From Octopus vulgaris (taxonomy: Eukaryota), in NCBI GenBank assembly GCA_951406725.2, contig OX597822.1, forward strand, positions 100,812,001 through 100,876,000: DNA of 64,000 bases, written 5' to 3'. This document shows, piece after piece, positions 25,341-39,100 of this stretch. Below the pieces are notes generated by a model. The model was given only the letters and a program-made list of their open reading frames with translations. It did not search any database and was not told where the DNA came from. The translations under genes were made by a program, and so were the position numbers. Numbering within the stretch: the stretch's first letter is position 1; the number at the start of each line of letters is the position of its first letter.

Positions 25341-25569
25341 GGTGGTGAGCTGGCATAATTATTAGCATGCTGGGTGAAATGCTCAGCAGTATTTCATCTG
25401 TCGCTACGTTCTGAGTTCAAATTCCGCCGAGGTTGACTTTGGCTTTCATCCTTTCGGGGTCAATAAATTAAGTACCAGTTACGTACTGGAGTTGATGTAA
25501 TCGACTTAATCCCTTTGTCTGTCCTTGTTTGTCCCCTCTATGTTTAGCCCCTTGTGGGCAATAAAGAAA
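25341..25569 (+). mobile_element. SINE B monomer with TSD
   Basis: Complete head-body-tail structure flanked by the direct repeat ATATTTTCAA. Confidence 0.88.
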
Positions 25570-27887
25570 TATTTTCAAGAGTTTGTAATTAATTTTTTTT
25601 TATACATGCACATTACGATGTTACTATAAAGCTCCAAACCATATGCAGGTGCATATGTGTGCATTTGTTAAACATATGAAAGCTTTATGCTCTGCTGAGG
25701 TACAACGATTGCGAGGGTTAACGCTTATCTTTAGTTTCTGTAGCATCAAGTGAATGGGAGGTACAGTGACAACATAAGATTTATCATGTTACCTAGGTGC
25801 TTCAGTTTACTGACTGCTTTCAGGAATCTGACACTACACTAGACATTAAACCCCACCTACAGAAAATTAGCTTTATTCTCATCAAAAGTTTGTAAAAAAA
25901 AAAAAAAAAAGACATTAATATTGAAACAACAATCTCAGGAACAAACGGTAGAGTGAATGCGAACATTGTAACTAATACAGTTTTACATCAACATTATAAT
26001 TACCCTCATTGTTTTAACATCTACTATTCCATGTGAGCATGCATCAGAGAGAAATGTATTGAGGCAGAGGCAGATTTTTTTGCCAACCCTTACCTACTTC
26101 ATCATCATCATCATTGTTTAACATCCGTTTTCCATGCTAGCATGGGTTGGATGGTTCGACTGGGGTCTGGGAAGCCAGGAGGCTGCACCAGGCCCAGTCC
26201 GATCTCGCAGTGTTTCTACAGCTGGATGATGCCCTTCCTAATGCCAACCACTCTGTGAGTGTAGTGGGTGCTTTTTACGTGCCAGGCGAGGCTGGCAACG
26301 GCCACGATCGGTTGGTGCTTTTTACGTGCCACTGGCACAGAGGCCAGTCGGGGCGGAACTGGCAATGGCCACGTCCGGATGGCTCTTTTACGTGCCACCA
26401 GCACTGGTATCACAACTACAATTTCCATTGATTTTTGAGCGATTTCGATTCTGATTTCACTTGCCTCAACAGGTCTAAGGAATTATTTTCTCATTCAACA
26501 TCATCCTCCTCCTTTAACATCCGTTTTCTATGCAGGTATAAATTGGATGGTTTGACCAGTGCTGGAAAACTGGAGAGCTGCACCTGAATCTAGTGTAATT
26601 TGGTTTGGGTTTCTATGGCTGGATGCCTTTACCTTTCTAACCTTTCCTACAAATGGCGTTACCCTGTGGTTTTTCAACATGAGACCATTGTCAGAGCAGG
26701 CTGCTTTGAGTTCAGTGTCTGAGTCACTCAGCTACTGCCCCTCACAATGATTTTGAGATCTCATTTGAGGACTGAAGTAAGTAAAGTGCCTTATTTGGTG
26801 ATGCTATATTTCACTGTTTGGAACCACATGGTTCCCTGTCCTAATGCATGAGTGGACTCAGATAAAAAGAAAATGAAAAAGCTATAGTCTTCAAAGATTT
26901 CTGGTAGATATTACCAGGAAAGTATATTAAACTATTTCAAATTAACAAAATACAAATATATGTAATTAGGATAACAGCAAACGAAGAAAATGTGACTGGG
27001 AAAATTTATGAAACAACCAACAGTAAATTATAACATGTTTTGCATATAGAGAATAGTATCATTCTTTTATTTATCTTTTTCAATAAAATATCAAAAAAAT
27101 CGAGGATGTAATACCCAGAATTACAGAGAAAGACTAATACTTTGGTATCCATTTCTAACATGCAGTGTTTTGAGAATTTTTTTTTTTTTTTTTTTTTTCA
27201 TAAGAGATAAATTTTTGAATAGAATACAGACAACACCTAAAAAACTATCTGCTAATTGTAGTCAAACTACTAAGAACAATGTGCTAAATGAACAACACTG
27301 AAATAACCACCAAATGGTGAACAACACACACATACTCACAAATATATATATATATATATATATATAATCAACTAATAAGGGTGAGAAAATTGGATACTAA
27401 TTTAATAGTACCATCAATTTAACACCAAGTGGCTTAGTGCATAAAAACCAGGAATACAATAAATATATATATATACACACACATATATATATGAGATTGT
27501 GAACACAGACTTGCAGTGCATAAATTAAATTTTACTTACAGCAAAAATTAATAAATTTCTAAAAACTTTGTCCAGAAGATCAACTAAAAAAAAACAAATC
27601 AAAATGACACTGGTGAAAGCTGGTTTCAAACTCTAAAACAATCACGACCCACATGTGACCCTTTACAACTTTTTGTATGATACACATGTCACAATTATAT
27701 AAACATATCTTTATTATAATAAAAATAACTAACATAATCCTCTGCATTTGACTATTAATTCAGTCCTTTTGATAGCAACACACTTGTGTTCTGTGATCTA
27801 AAGTTAAAACCTTACATTAAAAATTGAAGCTAATTTCTTTCAAACACTATGTTAATATTGACAAAGTTATTTTACTAAATCCATTAA

Positions 27888-28107
27888 CCCTTTCTTTACT
27901 GTATTTATTTTGAGATGCTTTGTGTTTCTCTCAATTATTTTAAATATAACAAAGAATTTAGTAAAATAACTTAGTTATCATTCAGCTAGTGTTAGGAACA
28001 TAAATTGTGACTAAGGTTTGGTGGAAGATTTTAATTCAAAACTTATGAAAACAAGACATTTGTACTCAGAGTCAGGGCTGGTTTCAGCCGGATTGGTAAC
28101 GAAAGGG
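27888..28107 (-). mobile_element. Young piggyBac-like MITE (220 bp), opposite orientation to 7606-7828, nested in an older relative
   Basis: TTAA TSD at 27884-27887 and 28108-28111, TIRs CCCTTTCTTTAC / GTAACGAAAGGG, and an interior that is the reverse complement of 7606-7828. Confidence 0.9.
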
Positions 28108-29013
28108 TTAATTAAAAATGAATTGAAATAAAAGCAGTTTATTTCGATGAAAATATAGTAACAAAAGGGTTAATAATTCAGATGAGAACATACAGGGACA
28201 ATCACTTGTTCTATGATAGAAAAAACCCCCCAAAAATTGCTGTTTTAAATAAGAGCCATTATCTACTTCAAGTTCCATCATTACAAAAACCAATTCACTT
28301 CATACCTCTTAAAATTTCTAAATTCTTATAAACATCTTACACCCATGTAAAATGCAAAGTAGCCCTGAATCTCCTTTACAATAGCAAATATACTCTCGCT
28401 CCCCCATCATACTTTAACCTCTCAACGCCTTGCTTTAACGAAACCACCTTATCTCCTATCCTCCTTCTCAGTTGAAGAGGCTCTTTGGTTATGTAAGTTA
28501 TAAGGCAACCTCATTAGCAGTGGCGCTACAAGAAAGCATACAATGCACTCTGTAGAATATACAGCATTAGGATGGAACTAAGCCATAAAAAGCATGCCAA
28601 AACTGAGACTGGAGCAGGATATAGTCTACCAACCTATTGGATCCTGTTAAAATATCCTGTTAAAAGCCAGCATGGAAAGCAAATGTAAACAAAAAACGAT
28701 CAGGATTACATATATTATTCTTTACTCTCTTACTCTTGTATTTGTTTCAGTCATTTGACTGGTGCCATGCTGGAGCACTGCCTTTAGTCAAACTCAAACA
28801 AATCAACCCCAGAACTTATTCTTTGTGAGACTAGTACTTATTCTATTGGTCTCTTTTGCCAAACCATTAAGTTATAGGGATGTAAACACACCAGCATCGG
28901 TTGTCAAGTGATAGTGGGGAGGACAGACACACAAACATATACATACACACACATATATGACAGGATTCTTTCAGTTTCCATCTACAAAATCCACTCACAA
29001 GGCTACATATATA

Positions 29014-29053
<40 letters not shown>

Positions 29054-29303
29054 CGTGGTCTGATCAATTAGTATCTGGACTGTTGCCATAGTAATGAAGC
29101 TAAAGCACAGTTTAACCACTTGGCACAGATTGACTTTGAATTCTGCTGTGCATGTGCACTAAGTTTCGACATTCTAGCTCACTTCTGCTGTTTACAGCAG
29201 TGCTTGGAAGGAAGATGTGTAGCGTGTGATCATCACATTGACCATAACAGAGAAAGTTGAGCTGAGAATCTGCATCAAATTTTGCCAAAAGCTTGGTGAT
29301 ACC
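29054..29303 (+). mobile_element. 5' fragment of a mariner-type transposon
   Basis: TA|CGTGGTCTGATCAATTAGT mariner-like TIR, followed by a decayed transposase N-terminus TEKVELRICIKFCQKLGDT (compare EQRxxIKFCxKLG). Confidence 0.75.
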
Positions 29304-30267
29304 TGATGCTATTTTCAAAAATTGTGATATAAAATAATTATAAATAAAGAGATCATAACTGATCTCCAAGAAACCAAACTTTAAAGGATATGTTGTCTGT
29401 GTAGTATTGCCCTTTTATGAACAATAATTACCAAAGCCAACCCTGAAAGTTATTGAAAATTAAGTATCACCAATTCCCATTACTCTTTTACTTGTTTCAG
29501 TCATGTGACTGTGGTCATGCTGGAGCATCGCCTTTAGTCGAGCAAATCAACCCCAGGACTTATTCTTTGTAAGGCTAGTACTTATTCTATCAGTCTCTTT
29601 TGCCGAACCGCTAAGTTACGGGGGCGTAAAAACACCAGCATCGGTTGTCAAGCGATGTTGGGGGGACAAACACAGACACACAAACATATACATATATATA
29701 TATATATACGACGGGCTTCTTTCAGTTTCCGTCAACCAAATCCATTCACAAGGCTTTGGTCAGCCCGAGGCTATAGTAGAAGACACTTGCCCAAGGTGCC
29801 ATGCAATGGGACTGAACTCGGAACCATGTGGTTCGTAAGCAAGCTACTTACTGCACAGCCACTCATTCTACAAATGATACATTTAACACAATGACAATGG
29901 ATACTATGTATCTTTAAAATTACAGTAAAATACCAAGGAAAGGAAAAATGAAGGGAGATCTTGTGTAATTAACAGAAAAACAAATATGTGCATGATAAGA
30001 ACCCAAAAATGGGAGTGGATGTGGGATCAACTAAAATAGCAGTTAAGGGAAAATGGATGAGGGTAAATTCAAGTATGGACAAGCTGGGACTAACCTATAG
30101 ACCTACAGAAGCAAGCAGGGGGTTCCACGCATTTTGAAAATCTGCAAAATGCATGAGAAAGATCAAAAAACAGATAAATAGATTGTTCATAATCTAAGAA
30201 CCAGCAGATGTTATCTATAACCTATTCCTACTACTAAATTATCTGTGTGTGTGTGTATATATCTATA

Positions 30268-30643
30268 TCTATATATATATAAACTTGAAGTTGTCTGTGT
30301 ATAGCAGGTTTGTTAGCCTTCAACTAACACTATCTCCTGCGAGACCCTGCAGCACAAGTTGACCAAAATTGAGAGTATGATAGAAAAAGGCTTGCTCTTC
30401 CATTCAAATCGGACCATGTTAAGACCAAAAATTATTTACATCAAAAAGGTGCTTTTTTTTCTATGAAAATCCCTATTTTTTTTTATTTTTTGCATGCTGT
30501 GTTGCCATTTTTGGTGTATTTCAACCAGAAAAATGTTCACTTAAAGAGAATAACAAGCTACATAATGCAAAATTTTTACTTTTCAAAAATTCCAATCCTA
30601 AAGGGTAGAAACAAACCCAAGCAATGCCGGGCAATACTGCTAG
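30268..30643 (+). mobile_element. Non-autonomous Helitron
   Basis: Start A|TCTATATATATATAAA, hairpin CCCAAGC-AAT-GCCGGG, then CAATACTG-CTAG|T. Confidence 0.8.
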
Positions 30644-30886
30644 TATATATATATCAGCATTACCAAAAGTACAGAAGCAAATTTGGTATTTGGAAGATCA
30701 TTCATCTGTAAAATACTGAACCCTTTTTGTTACCATATTCCTGTTGTAAAACACTGCACTTGTTTCAATTTTTTTTTTTTTTGAAAATAATGAAAAATTT
30801 AGTAAAAAAATCCTTATTAAGCTAGTATTTGGAATATAAATTAACATGAAATTTTGATTGAAAGTTTAAATTTTATTTCACTTTAA

Positions 30887-31106
30887 AGCTTTAGCATTCA
30901 GATTACTCTGTCAAATGTAATACATATTTATTCCCACTGTTTTTAATCCTGCACTATCTCATAGCTTCAAGATTTCAACGATGTGATTGTTTATTTTTAG
31001 AATGACAATGTAGGGTAAGTGTGAGAGGCTAGATCTGGTCAGTTTGAACGTAAAACAGGCAGAATACTTGGGCTTGGTTATTATGGCTGGTTTAAATGCT
31101 ACAAGG
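30887..31106. mobile_element. Second piggyBac-like MITE family, nested in an old MITE
   Basis: TTAA on both sides (30883-30886 and 31107-31110), with imperfect TIRs AGCTTTAGCATT / AATGCTACAAGG. Confidence 0.65.
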
Positions 31107-31143
31107 TTAAAACAGAAGTTTGTTTTAGGGTAAGTTTTAGGTG

Positions 31144-31404
31144 CGTGGAGGCGCGTGGCTTAGTGGTTAGGGTGTCAGCATCATGATCGTAAGATTGTGG
31201 TTTCGATTCCTGGACTGGGCAACGCATTGTGTTCTTGAGCAAAACACTCCATTTCACGTTGCTCCAGTCCACTCAGCTGGTAAAAATGAGTAACGCTGCG
31301 ATGGACTGGCGTCCCGTCCAGCTGGGGGACACATACGCCATAGAAACCGGGAAACCGGGCCCATGAGCCTGGCTAGGCTTTAAAAGGGCGCATTTATTTA
31401 TTTT
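31144..31404 (+). mobile_element. SINE E, full length with 13-bp TSD
   Basis: tRNA head (TGGCTTAGTGG, GGTTTCGATTCC), CORE-like GTGTTCTTGAGCAAAACACT, V-domain-like GCGATGGACTGGCGTCCCGTCCAG, an (ATTT)n tail, and TSD TAAGTTTTAGGTG at 31131-31143 and 31405-31417. Confidence 0.88.
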
Positions 31405-31898
31405 TAAGTTTTAGGTGGGCTAGAGAAAAAAAGTTGGGGAGGACGAGGTTAAAATGATTTAAAGTTGAACTTGTGGAATATTTCAGTTATATGGTGGATC
31501 GGAAAGCATGGCTAAAATATATATACTCTGCAAAGAAAAAAAAATGCCTACTTGTCCTGTTGTGAACTCTTGTCATTCAAAGGATTTCTCATTTCATATA
31601 GGAAGGCACAGAGTGATGCAGACAGTTTGGTAAGAGGAGATGCAACAACACTATTAGTAGCTAGAGATTTTCATGAAGGGCAAATGTAAATACATGCACA
31701 CATCTGTGTGTGTGTGGTTAAGAAGTTTGCTTCCCAACCACATGGCTTCAGGTTTAGTCCCATAGTGTTTGTTGTATGGTAGAACATTTGTTATGTTTAC
31801 ACAAGATGTGGGTTTGTGTCCTATCAGCAACCTTCAACATTTTCTATCCAAAGGGGTTTTTAATTTACACACTATCATTTATATATTTATATCACAAA

Positions 31899-31991
<93 letters not shown>

Positions 31992-32095
31992 ATATTGATT
32001 TGAATGGATTTCAAATTTTACCATTAACAGCTTGAATAAGCTGTTGAAGATGAAATTTGAAATTCCAATCAAAATCAATATCATCTATTTATCAA

Positions 32096-32138
<43 letters not shown>

Positions 32139-32239
32139 GGGGAGGGGAAGAAGAAAACTCAACGAAAATGCACATTGTAAATTAAAAAAGAAAAGGCTTT
32201 TCCACATGTATTTTCTATTTTCTTTTTGTAACATATTTC

Positions 32240-32278
<39 letters not shown>

Positions 32279-32296
32279 AATATATATATATGTATA

Positions 32297-32858
32297 CACT
32301 ACCGTCAGAAATTAATTAGCACCCTTGATTTGCTCACCATGAAGCATGGTGGGGGTGGTCTGATGGTGTGAGGGGCATTCAGCTACAGTGGTGTTGGGCG
32401 GCTCTATGCCGTCGAAGGCAACATCAATGCAGCAAAGTACGTTGAGATAGTACGGGATACCTCTTTGGTGGCGAGGAGTACGTGCTGGCCAGTCACCTGA
32501 CCCCTATTGAGAACCTCTGGTGTCGATTGGGTAGGGATTTGAATGTGCAGCAATACAGGAACCGACACGAGCTGTTTGGGGCACTTCTTGCTGCATGAGG
32601 GGCCATCCCTGCACAGTACCTGCAGGCACTCATAGACAACATGCCGACCCGCGTAGCAGCTGTCATTGCTGCCAAAGGAGGTGCAACAAGATATTGACTA
32701 AATTTCACGATTAATAACAATTATGTGGTGTGCTGGGATATGTTTTAATAAATTTTTGATTAAAAACGAGTTCGTTTCTGATAATAAGTTAATTAAATTA
32801 AGAAAATGTAAGAAAATGTAGAAATTTGAGAAGTGCTAATTAATTTCCGACGCAAGTG
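32297..32858 (+). mobile_element. Internally deleted Tc1-family transposon with transposase pseudogene fragment (32336-32697)
   Basis: TA TSD and ~26-bp TIRs CACTACCGTCAGAAATTAATTAGCAC / GTGCTAATTAATTTCCGACGCAAGTG. Translation TMKHGGGGLMV*GAFSYSGVGRLYAVEGNINAAKYVEI...PIENLW...LIDNMPTRVAAVIAAKGGATRY* is a typical Tc1 DDE C-terminus with stops and deletions. Confidence 0.93.
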
Positions 32859-33897
32859 TATACAGCTTCTGTATCTAAGTGCTATTATATGTGTGTCTGG
32901 ATGCACCCAGTTATATATCAGCATTATCATTATCACCGTTTAAAACTTGTTTTCTATGCAGACAGGAGATGAATGGTTTACCAAAGCTGCTGAGTTAGAG
33001 GACTCCAACAAGCTCCATTGTCTGCTTTAGTATGATTTCTACAGTTAGATGCCCTTTCCAATGTCAACCACATTACAGAGTGAAATGGTATATATAAATA
33101 TATATATTGTGGCTATGTGGTAAGAAGCTTGCTTCCCAACCACATGGTTCTGGATTCAGTCCCACTGAAGCTGACCAAAAACCTTGTGAGTGGATTTGGT
33201 AGATGGAAACTGAAAGAAGCCTGTCATATATACTTTGCATGTACCACATCCTTGTGTTTTTCTCTTGTGGTTTTTTGTATTTTTGGATAATTGTGTGTGT
33301 GTATGTGTATGTGTGAGTCCCCACCCCCGCCATCGCTTGACAACCGATGTTGGTATGTTTATGTCCCTGTAACTTAACAGTTTGGCAAAAGAGAATTATT
33401 AGAATAAGTATTAGGCTTACAAAGAATAAGTCCTGGAGTCGATTTCTTCGACTAAAACCCTTTAAGGCAGTACTCCAGCATGGCCACAGTCAAATGGCTA
33501 AAAGAATATATGCATGTGCATATGTGTCTTGTGTCCATGCTGGTGTCTACAACTGTTTAAAAACTACAGTATTGCTTATGTTGAATGCCTTCATGATTTG
33601 TGACATAGCGGTTCGACAAACAGAAATCAATAAAACAAGTCCCAGACAGAAATATTCATGGGTGTGGGATCAATATGACCAACTATACTCTTAGATGTGT
33701 TGCTCCAACATGACCACAGAGACCAATGGCTGAATCAAGTACAAGAATAAAAGAACATATCACTATTACTTTTGAGAATTTCTCAATATCTTTAGAATCC
33801 TTGAAACCAAAATACCAAAATCCACTTTAGTAATACTGACCGACTCTTTTACAATTTTTAAATTAGCTGCTTGGCTCTGTCAAGAGTTTATACAAGA

Positions 33898-34265
33898 CTA
33901 GCAGTATCGCCCGGCGTTGCTCGGGTTTGTAAGGGAAATAACTATAAAGCATTTTTAGAGAGTTATAGCCAAAAAATGGAAAAAAATGATGGTAAATTTT
34001 TTTAGTTAAAAAGGTCGAGTTGCGTCCCCTAGACAGTCTGTGGTTTGTGTTTCTGATTCTCGACCCCATGTCGAATTTATCGATTTTTTTCAGAACTGGG
34101 GGAACTTTTCAAAATTTTCGCTGCGTTAGTTTTGAATTATGACATTGGGCTATGTGTGTGTCAAGTTTCATCAGAATCGGTTGAAAGCCGTGGTCAGGGT
34201 GAGGGTACAACATAACAGACACATAGAAACACACACAGACAAACTGCCGTTTATATATAGAGAGA
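33898..34265 (-). mobile_element. Non-autonomous Helitron
   Basis: Minus strand reads A|TCTCTCTATATATAAACGGCAG...CCCGAGC-AAC-GCCGGGCGATACTG-CTAG|T. Confidence 0.85.
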
Positions 34266-35715
34266 TAACCTCAATTTGGAATGAGATACCAGTGCCGGTG
34301 GCACGTAAGAGAACCATCCGAACGTGGCTGTTGCCAGTGCTGCCCCGACTGGCCTCCGTGCCGGTGGCACGTAAAAAGCACCATCCGATTGTGGCCGTTG
34401 CCAGCCTCGTCTGGCCCCCGTGCCGGTGGCACGTAAAAAGCACCATCCGATTGTGGCCGTTGCCAGCCTCGTCTGGCCCCCGTGCCGGTGGCACGTAAAA
34501 AGCACCATCCAATCGTGGCTGTTTGCCAGCCTCATCTGGCACCTGTGCAGGTGGCACATAAAAAGCACCCACTACACTTATGGAATGGTTGGTGTTAGGA
34601 AGGGCATCCAGCTGTAGAAACACTGCCAGATCAGACTGGGCCTGGCGCAGCCTTCTGGCTTCCCAGACCCCAGTTTAACTGTCAAACCCATGCTAGCATG
34701 GAAAATGGACGTTAAACATTATTGTTGTTGTTCTAATCTTCACTTTCCCATACTTGTATGGGTCAGACAGAATTTATTGAGGTAGATTTTCTATAGCCAG
34801 ATGCCCTTCCTGTCACCAACCCTTACATATTTTCCAGGCAGGGTAATATTTCCTGTCTGGACATGATTTCACAGAAGATTAGAAATGGAAGATATCACTT
34901 GTGCAATAGTGACACACATACACATACACACACAAATAACAGGCCCCTTTCAGTTTCTGCGAACCAAATTCGATTAGAAAGCTCTGGTCAGGCTGGGGCT
35001 CACACTTTTACTCAAGGTGCTATGCACTGGAATTGAACCTGAAACCATGTGGATGGGAAGTAGATTTTTTAACCACACAGCCATGACAAAAAAAAAATTA
35101 AAACCTAGTTTAATGAAACTTTATTTAGATAAAACTACAAAAAAGAAAAAAAAATGGTAAATACACCACAAAATTCCTTGTACTATTTTCTCACAAAAAA
35201 ATCAATATTAAAATTAGAGGTGATCATATAGGTACAAGTGTGGCTGCGTGGTAAGACATTTGCTTCCCAACTACATAGTCCCAGGTTCAGTCCTGCTGTG
35301 TGGCACCTTGGGCAAGTATCTTCCACTACAGCCTTGAGCCAACCAAAACCTTGTGAGTAGATTTGGTAGATGGAAATTGAAAGAAGCCCATTGTATATGT
35401 GTGTGTGTGCGTGTGTCTGTGTTTGTCCCTCACCACTGATTAACAACTGGTGTTGATGTGTTTATAACCCTGTAACTTAGCAATTCAGCAAAAGAGACCA
35501 ACAGAATAAATTCCAGGCTTAAAAAATGGAAATAAGTACTGGGATCATTTAATTTGACTAAAATCCCTCCAGGTGGTGCACCTCCAGCATGGCCACAGTC
35601 TAATGACCGAAACAAAAAATTAAAAGAATAATGCAAGGGATTAGGGCACAGATTTTCCCTCCCCACTGAATTGAAGGAACCCCGCACCAGAATGGTATCA
35701 GTTTGTTCTATGTAA

Positions 35716-36117
35716 GACGGCGAGCTGGCAGAAACGTTAGCACACTGGGCGAAATGCGTAGCTGTATTTCGTCTGCCGTTACGTTCTAAGTTCAAATTCC
35801 GCAGAGGTCGACTTTGCCTTTCGTCCTTTTGGGGTCGATAAATTAAGTACCAGTTACGCACTGGGGTCGATATAATCGACTTAATCCGTTTGTCTGTCCT
35901 TGTTTGTCCTCTCTGTGTTTAGCCCCTTGTGGGTAGTAAAGAAATAGGTATTTCGTCTGCTGTTACGTTCTAAGTTGAAATTCCGTCGAGGTTGACTTTG
36001 CCTTTCATCCTTTCGGGGTCGATAAATTAAGTACCAGTTATGCACTGGAGTCGATGTAATCAACTTAATCTGTTTGTATCCCTCTGTGTTTAGCCCCTTG
36101 TGGGTAGTAAAGAAACA
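35716..36117 (+). mobile_element. SINE B dimer flanked by a single 19-bp TSD
   Basis: TSD GGTATCAGTTT(T)GTTCTATG at 35694-35712 and 36118-36137. Internal junction AAAGAAATA|GGTATTTCGTC at ~35938-35958. Confidence 0.9.
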
Positions 36118-39100
36118 GGTATCAGTTTTGTTCTATGGTGATTGGCATGTCAAAGAACAGATTCAACGTTTTCTCTGCATGTCACAAAAGACAACTAAAA
36201 GAGGTTGAGATGGGATTAGCACTATGACATCATAAAACTTTCAACAGCAATGACTATCCAAGCAGACCCATGAGTTGGAGGGTTGTCACCTAAGTGATGC
36301 AAAGAGGTCATCCACCAAGAGTATGGAATAACTAACAAATGATAGATGCAGCATCATACTGTTGCAGCCCATGCCTCAATACTACTACTACTAGTACCTA
36401 AAATATAAATATATAGGATTCTTGTAGAGTATCCACTCTTGCAGCATGTGTAGCACTATGTTGTAATTGCCATCTGCATATCATACTAAATGTATAGATA
36501 CCAGTGAAAAGCACGATGGTGTGGATTTTGTCAGAGGGAAAAATTTCTTCATAATTCTGTGTTAAAAACACTATCTATCTATCTCTGTATATATATATAG
36601 AGGCAATGATGAAAGACCGAGACCTCTGGAGATATGCTGTGACTGTGAAGACCCGACAGGTAACGTGAGTTCATGGCTGTTTTCTGCACCAGCTTCACAT
36701 AGCAGCCCCAGCCCATCCAAAGTACCTTGGATTGCAAGACAGCCTGCTGTGTTTACTTTGGATCGTAGGGCGACCTGCTGTGCTTGAGTCAAGTACATCA
36801 GCATCAAAAATAAAATGGAAATTCTAGCTGTGATACCTGTACCGGTGGCACGTAAAAAGCACCCACTACACTCACGGAGTGGTTGGCATTAAGAAGGGCA
36901 TCCAGCTGTAGAAACACTGCCAGATCAGACTGGAGCCTGGTGCAGCCTTCGGGCTTCCCAGACCCCAGTTGAACCATCTAACCCATGCTAGCATGGAAAA
37001 CGGACGTTAAACGATGATGATGATGATATATATTATATATATATACATACATACACACATACATAATGGAGCAAGTTGAACAATGCTGCAACACTGGACT
37101 GCAGTTATGCTGGCGAGCTGCCTTGAAAGGCTTAATTCCATCAAATTGACACCAATATCTATCTTTCTTTTTATGTCCTGTACTTATTCTGTCAGTTACT
37201 TTTGCCGAACCTCTTAGTTACAAGGACGTAAACAAACCAACACGGTTGTGAAGCAGTGGTGGTGGTGGTGGGACAAAAATAAAAACATGCACGCACACAC
37301 ACACATACATACATACACACAATGAGCATCCACAAAGTTTCTGTCGACAATATTCAGTCACAAGGTGGGACTGAACCCGAAACCGTGTGATTGCGAAGCG
37401 AACGTCTTAGCCACACACAGCCAAGCAGGTGCTTAGCAATATATATATTAACTGGATCTATGACTTTGCATATATTTATCAATTTCGAAAGATCAGTAAG
37501 TGGTTAAAAAAAAAAAGGGGGGGGGAAAGAGGGGATGGTCACGGTTGAAATACCTTTTCGATCAGGATTGAATACAGGTAAAAAGCAACAAACTCAGACG
37601 GTTTCTGGATCTTATTAAATTTCTTCCCAACCACTGAAGTAGTTCGAATTTCCACCTGATTTTCTTTTTCTTTCAAATTTTATACATCGATATGCCTTAC
37701 TATTTTCTAGCAAAAATAAATGCGACTTTCGTCATGAGCATACAAAACTACAGTTTTTTTGAAAATAACTTGGGGAAAGACTTCCTCCCGGGTGTTTTTT
37801 TTTTTTTGGTGGGGGGACAAAAGGAAGTCTTGACCCCCATGAAAATACATATCAGATACAAAACGGGGGAGCATCTACACGGTCACTCGACCTGCTAAAA
37901 GTAGTTGCCAAAATATACAGTTTTGAAACGAGAACACAAGAGAATTATAAAAAGACAGGTTGTTTACGACAGAAATACGTCTAGTCACAAGTTTTCAGTC
38001 AATGCTGAAGTTTTCAGGAGCTATTCCGAAAGATATACAAAACAGATTAATAAAACCGATACCAGTCTGACGCGAAACTAATTCGAAGTTTCTCAACCAG
38101 TTTACCCACCTCTGTATTCCTCACCCCATTAACAGTTCACCATCCTGTTTTTCTCCCCCATATTTGAGAAGAACAAGAAATGGGATTGCAATAACATCAT
38201 AAACACATAATTATTTCACATTAGCATCATTAAAATCAGCTTCAAAGAAAATAAACCGGGCGGAGTTTCGGAGTGACTGTCACTACTTCGTGGGGACGGA
38301 AACAGACTAGGAATCGGGGTGGGTTTGTTTACCTTCATGTCTTTTTCTTTCGTGTGTGTCAGTCATATGAGAATTACGATTCTGAGATAGGTTTTTACAA
38401 AAAATTCTAATGTTTTATGCTCCTCGCCATTCACTACTCCTTTTCTTCCACACGATAAAACGATACCTACTCCAGAACTGAGTATTTTTCTCGTGTGACT
38501 GGTAGGATAGTAAAAATTGATCGGAAAAGGGCACAGAATGCAAAAATGTTAAAAGATAAAATTGAGGTGGAGGGTGGATGAAGAACCCACTAAATGCCTG
38601 TACTTTTCCTTCACTATGAGGTAGGGATAGTTATTACAAAAGTCCTCCAATCTGAAGTTACACCTGTCTTACGGGACAGGAGTAATAATAGAAATTTAGG
38701 CAAAACTCCACTCCTAAACATTAAAAAAATAATGCGATTAAATTTTTAATCGGCGACGCTTCGGCTTACGAACAACTTTCTCCGTAGGAAAAACCCTAAA
38801 TACCCGCCCTCTGGAATCCTGAAGTCTCTCCCCCACCCAGGATAAGAACCACAGAAACGGCACGTTTGGAATGTAAAAAAAGTTTTACGTATACACTAAA
38901 AAAAATTTAGTTAATCGCACGGCAGGCTCAGTCACTTCTAATACCCACATTTCACACCACAAAAAGTATTTTCAATATAAAGTTTTCCTCCCAACTTTTT
39001 TTTTTCTATTTTTAACGGAATAAAAAAAAAACCCGATTAAATTCAATACATTTTTCTATAAATGAACTAAACGAAAACTTATTCCAGTATGTTTGAGTGT

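Noticed and set aside
32493-32720. 75-aa minus-strand ORF
   Set aside because: It is the antisense reading of the Tc1 transposase remnant.
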